DNA of 64,000 nt from assembly GCA_002633005.1 (NCBI GenBank), contig NMRA01000079.1, positions 919,148-983,147 of the forward strand. Direction: 5' to 3'. Below are positions 27,801 through 39,157 of this stretch, piece after piece. Positions within the stretch are counted from its first letter, which is position 1, and every line of letters starts with the position of its first letter. A model generated the notes under the pieces. That model searched no databases, had not been told where the DNA came from, and was given only the letters and a program-made list of their open reading frames with translations. Position numbers and translations under genes: made by a program. This DNA comes from Phoronis australis. Its lineage: Eukaryota; Animalia; Phoronida.

Positions 27801-30800
27801 TGTGTCCTTATTTTCGCTGTCATTGATAATTTGTTTCTTCAGGTGGATTCCCGAAAGCCCGCGATGGCTTGTCATGCAAAATCGAATGCAGGAAGCTTGC
27901 GACGTCATTAGAGCCATGGCAAAATGCAATAAAAAACCTGTGCCAGATCTGTCCGGCCTATCCGCGTATGCCAAGGTCTGTATAAAAACGATAACGCCAT
28001 GTGAGGTTGTGCTCCTAAATTTGTCATTGATGCTTAACTAGACTTGTATCGGATCTTAGTATTGGCATTAGTGTAGAAGACATTGATATTCCGACCTGTT
28101 TACGTAGGATCTCCGTGAGACCCTAACCACAGCCTACAGTGTATGCCTACTACATTGAAATATACGTGTGAGATTGTGACGGTTAGAAAAACATGTACGA
28201 CAAGAAGCCATATGGGACAACGTTCTCAAGTGATTTGGTCTGACGTCAGATGTCTGTCCAATCTTTTTCCGGGTCAAACAGTTTGAGAGGATTTCTTATT
28301 AAAGGCACATAGAAAATCAGAGGATTTACATTCAGGAATTTGTTTTGACCCTGTTTTCTCATTTTCCAAAAGATACACGCATTCTAAAGTGCAAATGTTT
28401 GGAAAAACTCCTCCCAGTTGCAACGTTGAGATACAGTGTACATGTACATGTATGAACGTGTTCTAGACATTTTCTATAGAGAGTCTACAAACCGTCCTTG
28501 ACCGGGACTAAAACCCCAGTCTCTACATGTCCTTCAAAAAGGTTATACAAAGTTACTCTGTATTACACTGTAGATGGACGCAATTTCTACATGTAACATT
28601 TGCTAACGACAAATTGCTCTTTCTCCAGAAAGAAAGAGAGCATCAAAAAGCCATTCGAGCCTACAGTTACTGGCATTTATTCAAAACAAGGAAAATGGCG
28701 AAGATAACTTTGCTGGCTATGTACGCATGGTAAGAGTTCCGTATTAATTTTGTGAGTGAAACACTGATAACGTTTTGGATACACAAGTATTCAATTATTG
28801 AACGATGCCAAAACCTTCATTCATTAACGAATACATGATTTGAAATGGCGTGGTGTCAATGTTAAAGGAGAATACCACCCGGTATATTTCGTTTTTTACC
28901 GTCTTAATCGGGCTATATCCACATAACCTCGTATACTGCCGATCTCATATCTGTGAGGAGTACACGACGCAGCGACGTCAGTGGTTCTGCAGCTGTGTAT
29001 GTGCCGCCATGACGTGGCGTATCGTTCCCTCTAGTACGAACCGTGAAGCTGTGACGAAAGCGGGTATATCGTAATTTTCGATTTTCTCGGGAACTTGAAG
29101 TGCTTCAAGAGTGGTTCGCGGCAGTAAAAAATGAAAAGCATGCCGTTGTCACCAGGTACATGCATGAGTCGGTGAAATATTTCCGTACCTGTGGCCGTCA
29201 TTGCTTTGTTTCAAAATTAATTATTTATTCTCACCCTAACCAACGTTTATTAAAGCTGAAACAAAGTGTCTCGAAAGACAGGCTCAGCAGACAATTTGTA
29301 ATGCCTTTTTAGTGTTTGTGAGTGCAAATGTTTTGAGAAACCAACACTGAATGAATCATATGGTGTTTCCAACTTCATATGCAATAAATGTAACTGACCG
29401 GGCACCGAGGCCGTGTGAGTGCATGCTGATTCAGTGTTTGCTGACAGTAAGCTGTTGTGAAACAATAACCGTATTTTACATGCTATAGTCAGACATTAAG
29501 GGAATCTTTTCTTAAATATATATCTACATCATTCGAGTCATTGTTATTGTACACCTTTTGCCCTTTACGGTTCTGTGGAAGGGCAATCTGGCTTCGGGTC
29601 TCCTGATAGTTATGTAAGTAGATTTGCAATTTTCCGACGTTTTTGCCAAAATATTCACATACACATTAGTTCTTTGGTTCACTAGTCTATTCGTGACCGG
29701 AAATTCTAATGTTTAACTTTGGTAGCCGACTAAACCGGTTGGTTTATGTTAAACTTCGTGATGTCTCCAGATTTGCCGCCGGCGACAGGCCTACTCGGGT
29801 TCCGAGCCAGTGGTTTATAACGAGTGTTTTGAACTAAAAAATTCGTAAGTCTAAAATTACAACACACGGATATGCTCTCCTGTCTGAAAGTTTCACGGAA
29901 GAGTAATTTCAATTTCTAACCGAACAGATCCAAACTTCCCGTGATGGACCACTGTAAGCTGGTCTACAGAACTACGTAGGCTACGATATGTTCAAAATGT
30001 CTATAAATCCGTAACAGCGACATGAAAAAACTCGTTTGATTAAAAATTCAATGTATTTTTAATGGCTTCGCATCGATTTTTGATGATTTCTTGGTGTAAA
30101 GCGATAAAGTAAAGCGCTAAACTGACACCACCAAGCGTGCTGTGAACCGCTGAACAGACCGCGTTAAAACCAATGACGTCATTGCTTAATTTCAGTACCT
30201 CTGTCGGCCGTTTGGTGTCAGGTAAAAGAACTGAACCTGCTGTTATCGAGTGGAACTAGGCTATATAAATTGATACAAACTACGATGTTTTTTCCCGGCA
30301 TTCTCTACTCTAATGCGTAGACCTAATGTCGTAACTACATGTACAAATAACGTGATCGGCACTGAGCGTGCTAAGCATTTTATTTATGAGATACAAAGAC
30401 TGCAACTGCCGCAAATTAAACACAATTCGTAATCGCTCATAGTGGAAACGCTTCCTAGACTATAAAACGGAAGCACTCTGAGAGAACGAAATTTGGTTAT
30501 ATCGACTAAGGAAGCCAGTATCAAGACGATGTCAGTGTCGATCAACAGGCGCCAACGCCGAAACACCAACGGCGATTCAGAAGATGACCTTGAAGACCAC
30601 GACGTGCATGTAGCCGCCGTCATTTTTTTTAAACACAGACAATGCCACCAGAATCACAGATAACAGTATGGACGAAGGCGAAAGCTGAAGCCAAAGCACG
30701 AAGCCAAATTTGAAACCACCACCAACGCTGATAAACGACATCTCATCATCGTTGTCGTCAGCAGCATCAAAAAACGGTGATGACAAACGGTGATGAAACA

Positions 30801-33800
30801 TGCTTGTACAGTAGAATGGAGATAAATCGACAACCGAAGCCACAAAAAGAACGCTTGTCAAAGCCACGTACCGAATTCATTACGTACTATTCTCATGGAG
30901 TGAAAAATCAAGACATCCCCGCTATCACGATCTAATCTAGAATCACGCTCAATTAAACGTGTCAAGCACGCTTTTTGTGTCGGAACACAATATTGTGGTT
31001 AAGCTGGCCAGAGCTTACAGTCACCCAAAGGAATCAACAGGTGAAAGTTAAGTCTATTTTCCCTTAAAGTCAACCGTTTCCTCCATTCGAAGTTTTTTGG
31101 TGAAAGAATTCATCATTCCGTGTTCGGTGTCCGTAAGTTGGGTAAGGTTTTTGAGGATGGCAACTTTACGTGTGTGCAGCAGTTCGTTTACGTTAACAGC
31201 GTCGCATTTGATTTACTGCAGTGGTAATCCCTATAGCTGTGTGTAAGTGGAAGGTTCTTGAATATTCGGTTATATCATTTTGTTGCATTTTTCTCATACG
31301 ATTTTGATACTTAATTTTGAATAATCATATGACCACAACGTTTTGTTTTTGGTCCAAATCGATTCACATATGCCAAAGATACGCCTACATATCCACATTA
31401 AAAGAAGGTAAACATTTTCATGGAATTGTATAAATGCGCATAAAGTTAATGTTATTACACTTCGTTTAATTGCCGTGGGCTTTAGAGTGATCTTTTAAAT
31501 TGCCACAAGAAGACTTTACTGTGTAACCATCTGCTTTCCAGAAAAACTTAGGCAAAATCGACCTCCCGAATAAAGAAGTACAAGAGTCCTTCAATACTTG
31601 GCCCCCTTGATACTGGAATAAATTAAATTGTACCACCAAAAATCACTATACCAAGAAAAAAAGCTAGCGTTACAGATGTGCCAGACACTATCTGCACACT
31701 TTACAATTGTTCCATTGAAGAAAACTGTCTGTGACCAAATGTTTTCTTGCTGGGTCTTAGTCCATAGGTGTGTAAACAACCAACCCTAGTGGACTGAGCT
31801 CAGACCTTGAGCGAAATGATTTGAAACACATCTGTTTCACATCCGTTGAATGTCATTTGCAAGTAGTACTTTTAAATAGCGGTTACCGTTAGGCGACCTG
31901 CTTACAACATAATTGCTGGATTACTTGAGCATCAAATGAAAATAGACAATAAGAGAACTGGACTATGTAAACATTTGTTTGCCTCTGTCAAACTGATGAC
32001 AACAAGGCTGTTTCCCGACTGGCCGACCAGGCAGATGATGCCAGCGCAGTAGTAATGATTATAAAAAAATAACCAGTAACTCATCTACAACGAGTCGCAC
32101 CTAGAAGCGGATGGCACACTTCAGTACCCCTTGAGGTTTAGATATACCTACTTAGACACTTTTAAAAGAATACATCTAAGCACTGCCGAGCAAGAGCTAC
32201 AGTAGAACAAACATTGAGTCCCGGCGTTGTTAAAGTCATTTGCCTCTGATTTTCGTCCAAATTTAACAGCCTTTTACGAGTTATTTGGACAATTCATGAA
32301 GACAGAACTATGAATGCAACATGTAGCGCGCGATTTAATAGCTGAGTTCGAGTTCTTTGTCAACCTTACTTGCAAATGACAGGAGAGGTCCATGGAACAC
32401 AAGTTACACGTAGCTTGAGACGAACACTGAAATACAATTTTGGAAACGTTTCACCCTAATCATCAGTAAATCTTGAAAAACTGGTAGGGCACAGTTTTTG
32501 AAGCTCTTGATGGTATCTATGAATATGACATCGGCATCATCTCGACAGGTGCTCTCCACGCCCTTTGATGCAGTGGTAAACCTATTCCAAAATAACCAAT
32601 ACAAATCTTGGTGCAGTGAAGTTTCATTAAACTCTGACCAATTTTCCACTAGCATACTTCTTTATTGAGACGAAAATTTGAGTTCTGAATGAAGACTGTT
32701 GGTTAAATATTGGTGTGCTAATCCTGTATCACATTAAGGATTTAGATAACCAGAAAAAGAAATTTGATTACCAATTCCAAAATCATTTGCCTCCAGATGT
32801 TCAATTTTGATAAACTGTATATTGGTACATTCTGGTGTGTCCTTTCACTGGTTTAAAACTTGATGTCGCCTGTTACTTTAGGTTCACGTGCACGGCAGTG
32901 TATTATGGGATCAACTTAAACATGAAGAATCTTTCAGGAGATCGCTACGTCAACATTTTTCTGACTGGCATCGTGGAAATTCCAGCGCTTTTGTTCGTGT
33001 TTTTCATCAATAACAAGTAAGGATGGACGTACTATATATTATTCTGTTTACAAACATTTTTGTATAATTTTTAGACCTTAACTTAAGCCGACTGATTTGC
33101 GTAGGAGTGCTGGCTACTTTGATTGTTAATCCATAGCCGTTCGTGCAGGTACGTTGGCACTTGAGACTTATAACTGGGAGAATTTATCTGCCAAAAAAAC
33201 GAGAAATTAATCAAGCCACTTAGGCTCATAAAACATCGCCGGCACAGGACTTGACTTCTGCTGTCAACAAGATAGCAGAAATCGTCATCGACTCGAAAAA
33301 GCACTCCGTTGCGAGTCCATAAATGTGACAGTTACGCATTCGCTGTCACTTGTCTTGCCGACTCATTCAGCAACAATAAAGATAGATTAGGGATTTTTTT
33401 AAACTGAGCTCGGATTCGGAGTTCAACCTTATCTATTGAAGTGTTTAAAAAGACAGAGGACATTTTCAACGCACACTTGCTTTTTGATCACGTGACTCGT
33501 TTAGCTCCTAACTGCGGCGTAATTTCTCATGATATTGTCCAATCGTACACCAGTTCTTGTGACCTATTTATTAATCTTTATCCCACAGAGCAGGACGGAG
33601 GTACACATCTTCCGGACTTATGTTGACTGGAACAGCCGCCATGTTCACAATTCTTGCCCTTGACATTTCAGGTAATGTAATACTAATATTACTTCTACTC
33701 CTCCATCTACTAGTACTACTATTACTACTGCCAGTGCTAACACTACCAATACCAATACCATTAGCATTACCGCACCACGTACTATCCCTATTATTACAAC

Positions 33801-36800
33801 TACAATCGCTGCTTCTACTGTAACTGCTACCATCACTAACACTACCAATATCATTACCATTACCGCAACACGTACTATCCCAACTATTACAACCATCGCT
33901 GCTACTACTGGTACTACTACTATTGTGGTAATATATTTACTGCTACTACTACTACGACTACTGCTGCTGCTGCTGCTTCTGCGTCTGCTGCTGCTGCTAC
34001 TTCTGCTACAACAACTGCTACCAGTAATGATACTGCTGTTGTCCCTGCTACGACTAAAGAGTTTCTAGTAGTTGAAGCACTTTATTTCCTATTGTTATTC
34101 CTACGATTATTGCAATTATGAACAGCCGCCATAATTCCGTTGCTTTATTACATATTATGTAATAAAGCAACGGAATTATGGCGGCTGTTCATAATTGCAA
34201 TAATCGTAGGAATAATAATAGGAATTAAACAAAGCTATTACTATTACTTCTACTGTAACTGTTACTATTACTATTGCTATCATTATTACTATAATTTCAC
34301 TATTATTACCTTACAAAAAATTACTGTTATTCATACTACTTTGTTTTATCAACTTGGAATCAAGCTGAGATTACTACGTTCCTACAAGCGAGGGACTTGT
34401 TTATTTCCAGGAAAGCTAAATGAACTACCAGGCCTTACAATCGCCATCGTTATATTTGGTAAAGGTGCCATATCAGGAGGCTGGGCAGCTACGATGATTT
34501 TTTCAGCAGAAAGTTTTCCCACTGTAGCTAGGTAAGTGTTAATAATAATCTTTGGCCATTTCGGATCGGTTAACATATATTCATACAAAGTTTAATTTTT
34601 TGCGACCCATAATTTCGGCTTAAAGAAAATATATTGTGTATTTTAAGCTCAAAAGGCGAGACCTGAAATTCCAAACAGATATTGGCTATTGTCTTGCACT
34701 CCCACAAACCATACAAAAACGACGATTAGTGTGAAAGCTGGAATGGGGCTTGGAGACACAAGATTTCAGGGGCCATTCATATATTCACGAGGTTCAGGCA
34801 CAGTAGTGTGGGCATGGTAGGGTATTTCCCTCCTGGACACAAGTTGCCATTTGTCCTGCAAGATTGAAAAAGGTCTTGGAGAAATAGAGAATAATAACGA
34901 TGCATCTTGTACTGAAACCTATTCCACAGAGGAAAGTAAGACACCTCTGGATATTGCACGAATCTGTAAAAAAGTAGGTATCAGCATTGATCTACTGTAT
35001 TGAATCCCAAGGTCCATCCCAAAGACACAAATTTGAACATTAGCAGTGACGGGGCTGTTACTCTAGCAGTAAATGAGACAATAAGCATTGGACAGGCAAT
35101 GCTATCAGACTTCGAGAAAGGCTAGCAGTACGCAAGGAACACAAGTAGGTAATCACTGATGGGAATCTCTTTCCCTTGATGTAGAACAAGAACATTGTCA
35201 CTAGGTATTATTTGGGGACATCCCACGAAGAAGCCGGCTCCATTTTCTGCATCAGGACGTGAAATGTGTTTTTCGGTTGTTACGGATGACATATACACTG
35301 TATGTATTCGTGCTTCGTGTGCATTACTATGACAAGGTGCAGCTTTAAATACCACAACCACGAAATCACCTTGTAAGCGTAGAACTGTCACAGACATAAA
35401 AGTTGACAGTAGAAACGTGTAGTGGTATTGTGAAGGTCTCATCCTGCCGCTCGATGCACTGTAGGGATGCCGTAACAGGGTGGCATGGCACTATGGAGTT
35501 GGAAAGGGGTCCATCGTCAAAATAATGAAGGCAGAACATGAACTGTCTGCCCTAGGCACTATTAATGCGCATTTTTGTGATGTCACAAAACAGGACACTA
35601 AATGTATGTGTGTCTGTTATGGAATGATAAGGAACCTGTGTACAGTGTACTTGTATGGGGAAGAAATAACGGCAGGGGATATATATGAACGTCCGTCGGC
35701 CACCAAACTGTGTACTCTTTGGGTGGGAGAAAGGTGTTATAAACAAATAGCACTCACCATTTTCAATTCCGGAAGGTGTCCAACTCGCCCCTATTAGATA
35801 CTGGAGATGATTAGGTGTGTAGCAAAGGTCACATTCCATGTAATTCAAGCAGATTCAGTAGGATCGTCAATTGTCTCCCCTGCACAACATTTCGGGCATG
35901 TTACACAGCAGTGTGGTTACTTTCTGAGTCTTCAGTTGAATTAGCATTTGGAACTTTTTGTAACAGTGCTCTATACGATAAGGTATATTGTATTGAGTTT
36001 ATGCAGTTAAACATTTTGGTCATCCATTAGATCTACCCTGAGTATCAGACAATTCCAGAATTTGTAATGAGTGTTATACATTACACACAGTGCACTGTTT
36101 TTATTTGATGTAATCAGAAACGAGATTAAGTTCATCCGTACAAATACCAAAATAGTATAAACATATTGCCCCCCCCGTAAGAAAGTTACCAGCAGAAACA
36201 GAATTTTTAATTATGGCGCCTTTGTTTGCATAAATTATGCAAATTTATCATGCAACTTGTTAACTGATATCGTTAACCTTATTGACCATGTAGGAACATA
36301 CAGCCTGTAGGTTCGAATATCATGATTCACCTGTTGTACTGGGTACCGCAGTTGTAAACACAAGTAGCCTTAATTTGAATCAATTGTGCAAATTTGCATG
36401 AAGCATGCAATTTTTCATTCAAAAACATGCAAACTGATTTCAGTAAACTAACTTTCCATCAAAATGGAGGTGCAAATAGGATCTTTGGTTCCTGATACCG
36501 TAGCTATAAGTACATGAAGAATTTGAATAGACGCAGCCTTAATTTGCCTAAATTATGCAAATTGACGATGTATCCACCAAAAAAATTGCAACATAAAATT
36601 CTCGGACCGTGGAAACAGCGGTGAAAACTTCAAAGTCATGTGCCTGCAGTGCCTTTTGAATAAAGTAGAAGCAAATATAGAATTTTGCATAATGGATACC
36701 TTAATTTGCATATTTAAAAGATTCCAAGGGTTGCGATCGGTCTCCCCTTAAATTTTGGTTACTTAACCTTAAGGTACATGAAACAGCAAAGAAAAAACTT

Positions 36801-38070
36801 TATCTGGCAAACCCACTATCAGTCGCCTGGCTGATACATGTAGATGGTTATTTTGTATTAGCATGAATTTATGATAAAGTTGAGAATCGCTTGGGAGATC
36901 AGTATTTTAGACAATATCACCTCCTGATTTCAGAAACATTGGATATGCGGCTTGCTCGGTGTCTGGTCGAATCGGAGGTATCCTTGCCCCGCAGATAGTG
37001 TTTCTGGTAAGTTTGGTTCAAAGCACCATCTACGTGTGAAGCGCAGACTACAGCTGTACAATGGCAAGCAAACTCCTACATTAAAAGGAGGACATGATTA
37101 ACGAACGGGGTATAAAATCTTCAACAGCAGGCGCGTGCAACTGACACCAAATAATCACAAAAACAGTTTTCCCGTCATGCCGGCTAACTCCGTTAACATC
37201 AACATTACTGGTAATCATACTGATCATAGGGTGGCGAAGATTTACATGTACGGTATGTACAAAATGAATACCCCATCATACAAAATTCCTGTTAAAACCC
37301 CTTCAATTATTGTTGAAGACTAAATGACAAGTTTGGCTTCCGTCCAGCCGCCATGACGGGGAATTCCGGGTCATTTTGTCTGAATACTTTTTGTTTGTAC
37401 ATGTACTGTACTGTTAACTACATATGTATAACGTCGAACACAAGTTTGATATGATAATGGCCTGGCAAAACGGCGATTGGTTTAAATTTTTCGGTGCGAA
37501 TGAAGCGAACAGGGTGCACTGAAGTTTGACCCAGAGGACCCACTTCTGAATCAACGCCCGGACAGTATAATTCATTTTACCGTGCTGTCGGAAAGTGTGG
37601 TGACGTCGTCATCCGTGATTGCGCTTTTTTATTCCAACGCTTGCCACTTCCCTAAAGGAAATAACAATGGCTGAAAAAAGGTGTAACCAGAAAAATTACT
37701 AGTTAATGTCTACTTTAGGAAATACGTGGCTAACAGGCTGACGAAATAATTTTGTTTTAACAATAGGCCACCGCTATATTGTTTGTTCCCAATCCGGTGT
37801 AGCTGTTAGGGATGTGACGGAGTTATTTTGCTCCTAAATTGTTCACAACGCTCACGAAAGTAAACTCTGAAGGTACTTTTCCTTTGTTTTCAGAACGAGG
37901 TGCACACCGCCCTACCGTACATCCTGTTTGGCTGCCTTGGAGTGTTCTGCTGTGTAGGAGTGTTGTTTATACCGGAAACTAATAAAACGCCATTGGCGGA
38001 CGCATTTAAGCATGATGACTCCGAAAACAGAACGGTTGAGATGGAAGCCTTGAAGAACTCTGAGATTTGA
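15491..38070 (+). CDS. SLC22-family (SLC22A15/OCTN-like) organic ion transporter, gene 1, complete. Exon 1a 15491-15808 OR exon 1b 17077-17379; then 22593-22824, 26253-26442, 27843-27975, 28629-28729, 32882-33016, 33589-33671, 34411-34531, 36934-37006, 37894-38070 (520 or 515 aa)
   Basis: All introns are GT-AG and phase-compatible. SLC22/MFS signatures: GFGxYQ, SIVTEWDLIC, GQLADVFGRK, PESPRW, YYGINL, VEIP, AESFPTVARN, GRIGGILAP, PET. The short first extracellular loop resembles SLC22A15. Confidence 0.95.
17077..17379 (+). CDS. SLC22 gene 1, first coding exon, variant 1b (TM1 + extracellular loop)
   Basis: ATGATG...SIVSE|gtaatt, phase 0, open frame, the same 3 loop Cys, sequons NVS/NSS/NET. 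Confidence 0.87.
22113..22320 (-). mobile_element. Probable 3' end of an L2/CR1-group LINE
   Basis: The minus strand reads T-rich UTR, then the stem-loop-like gggccctcttggaaagcagtggtatcactgaagaggcc, then a (TAAAA)-type tail. Confidence 0.45.
22593..22824 (+). CDS. SLC22 gene 1 exon 2
   Basis: ttttag|TGG; WDLICD...GQLADVFGRKK...GAALG|gtttgt; 232 nt, same as the paralogue. Confidence 0.93.
26253..26442 (+). CDS. SLC22 gene 1 exon 3
   Basis: gcag|GG; LLVVSFIVPMEIISPGWR...RDWRHL...|gtaagt; 190 nt. Confidence 0.93.
27843..27975 (+). CDS. SLC22 gene 1 exon 4
   Basis: ttcag|G; WIPESPRWL...YAK|gtctgt; 133 nt. Confidence 0.92.
28629..28729 (+). CDS. SLC22 gene 1 exon 5
   Basis: ctccag|; KEREHQ...YSYWHLF...MYA|gtaaga; 101 nt. 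Confidence 0.92.
28866..30309. mobile_element. Non-autonomous Kolobok-type element, copy 2 (inverted relative to copy 1; gene 1 intron 5)
   Basis: TTAA-AGGAGAATACCACCC at 28862 matches the reverse complement of copy 1's right end. About 29700-30306 matches the reverse complement of copy 1's left part. THAP remnant on + (MTWRIVPSSTN...AGIS*F...EWFAAVKNE...FRTCGRH). Confidence 0.82.
31105..31805. repeat. Dispersed repeat family B, copy 1 (others at about 48905-49255 and 60645-61340)
   Basis: Shared blocks: ccgtaagttg, gtgcagcagtt..ttaacagc, tgttgcatttttctcat, gccaaagatacgcc, cagatgtgccaga, gactgagctcag. Confidence 0.8.
32882..33016 (+). CDS. SLC22 gene 1 exon 6
   Basis: ctttag|G; FTCTAVYYGINL...VEIPA...|gtaagg; 135 nt. 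Confidence 0.93.
33589..33671 (+). CDS. SLC22 gene 1 exon 7
   Basis: cccacag|A; AGRRYTSSGLM...LDIS|gtaatg; 83 nt. Confidence 0.9.
33676..34345 (+). repeat. Low-complexity (ACT/GCT/ATT)n trinucleotide tract in intron 7
   Basis: Degenerate actact, gctgct and tattac runs that produce spurious poly-L/V/Y ORFs. Confidence 0.85.
34081..34229. repeat. 149-bp near-perfect palindrome (74-bp arms, 1-nt spacer at 34155)
   Basis: Arms pair base for base except 34094/34216 and 34085/34225. Confidence 0.92.
34411..34531 (+). CDS. SLC22 gene 1 exon 8
   Basis: ttccag|GA; FGKGAISGGW...AESFPTVA|gtaagt; 121 nt. Confidence 0.93.
34640..36835 (+). mobile_element. Decayed Academ-like DNA transposon (transposase pseudogene fragments plus right subterminal region); boundaries approximate
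   Basis: Fragments 'LNPKVHPKD..NI..G....VNETISIGQAMLSDFEKG', XPG-like 'LDAL*GC..VAWHYGVGKG...L..LG...V.KQ...CYG' and Cys-rich 'ILEMIRC..PCNSSR...LPCTTF.AC'. Repeated TTTGCAT/ATGCAAAT motifs at 36220-36715. Confidence 0.65.
36934..37006 (+). CDS. SLC22 gene 1 exon 9
   Basis: tttcag|A; RNIGYAACSVSGRIGGILAPQIVFL|gtaagt. Confidence 0.92.
37152..37385 (-). repeat. Inverted copy of the 6880-7110 repeat
   Basis: ttttcccgtcatgccgg...ccgccatgacggggaattccgggtcattttgtctg. Confidence 0.7.
37894..38070 (+). CDS. SLC22 gene 1 exon 10 (terminal)
   Basis: ttttcag|; NEVHTALPYILFG...IPETNKTPL...NSEI TGA. Confidence 0.92.
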   Translation, partial: NEVHTALPYILFGCLGVFCCVGVLFIPETNKTPLADAFKHDDSENRTVEMEALKNSEI

Positions 38071-38593
38071 TGCTGACGACATTGGCCAGTAGTCTCTTAC
38101 AGAGTCTCAGCTTTTGACGATCACCAGTTAATGGAGAAAGTTGGGTCTCAAAATGCGGGGCCCTGTTGTTGATTACTTTGGAAATGTACATATTATTCTT
38201 CTGAGCTATGAATATCTGTATACTCAAAGCTGTGCCTACATGTGCGTTTGAAGGTCAATTACTGAATATAGTAACATGACCTTGTGTGTATTGTCACTAG
38301 ATGATTAGTCATAATTTATCAAAACTATTTCACCACAGCTGCTTCTCACGTGACCACTTAGATGATGACGTGTCATTTTTCAAAGTTTTTTATGATAGCA
38401 ATCTTAGCGTGTTGTATTTGGAACTTATATAGGACTTGTGACCAGAAGGCAAATCAAAGGCTCAAAGTGATCTTTAGTGAAGGTTTTCTACGATTCATGT
38501 GTGTTGTAGGTGCTGGGATACAAGTATATAGCATTAGTACGCAAAATTATTATATTCTGGCAAATCACGTGATCACGACGGGCTCACTAATCA

Positions 38594-39157
38594 CTCGCTG
38601 GTTCCTGCCTGCCGCTAGGTGGTAGCCAGCAGGCAATAGCAATCGCTTTATCATTGGTTGATGTAACCTCGCCAGTCATTGGTTAGCTTTACAACAAAGT
38701 GAGAAAATGGCGGACTATGAACGATTTTCAGTTTTGTCATGCAAGTGGCGCATAGCGGCAACTACATGTACTTCGTTTCTGCAGTGATATTTTTAAAGCA
38801 CATGCATACACAATAAACACGCAGTAATCTGGCCGATTTAACTTGTACTGAACTTACACTGTATGAATAGAGGACAAAAGTCTGCTACAGTAGATGAGAA
38901 AAGTGCACTGCGAAAAGGCGCAACCATAATTATTTTATTCACATTTCTTGAACATGAATTTTAAGCACCGATTTGTCTGTATTACAGGTCACATTTACAC
39001 CACCTTCATCAGTTATTTCAGTTTGTTTGCGTAAATCGCTGCCTGTTTAGAATTCGACCAGCCAATCAGAAACACCTGTATAAAAATTCCCGAGGAAAAA
39101 TAATTAGTGATACTTGCGTGTTGGCTACCACCTAGTGGCACGCGGGGAACCAGCGAG
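38594..39157. mobile_element. MITE with terminal inverted repeats of about 35 bp
   Basis: CTCGCTGGTTCCTGCCTGCCGCTAGGTGGTAGCCA (38594-38628) versus TGGCTACCACCTAGTGGCACGCGGGGAACCAGCGAG (39122-39157); non-coding interior. Confidence 0.8.

Noticed and set aside
30400-32700. GC-richer coding-like stretches at about 30500-30900 and 31950-32650 (similar at about 25090-25330)
   Set aside because: They are probably decayed transposon ORFs, but I could not identify a motif to support a call.
33620-34410. Hydrophobic and Tyr-rich ORF extensions around exons 7-8
   Set aside because: They come from low-complexity intronic sequence; the real exon limits are fixed by splice sites and the paralogue's exon lengths.
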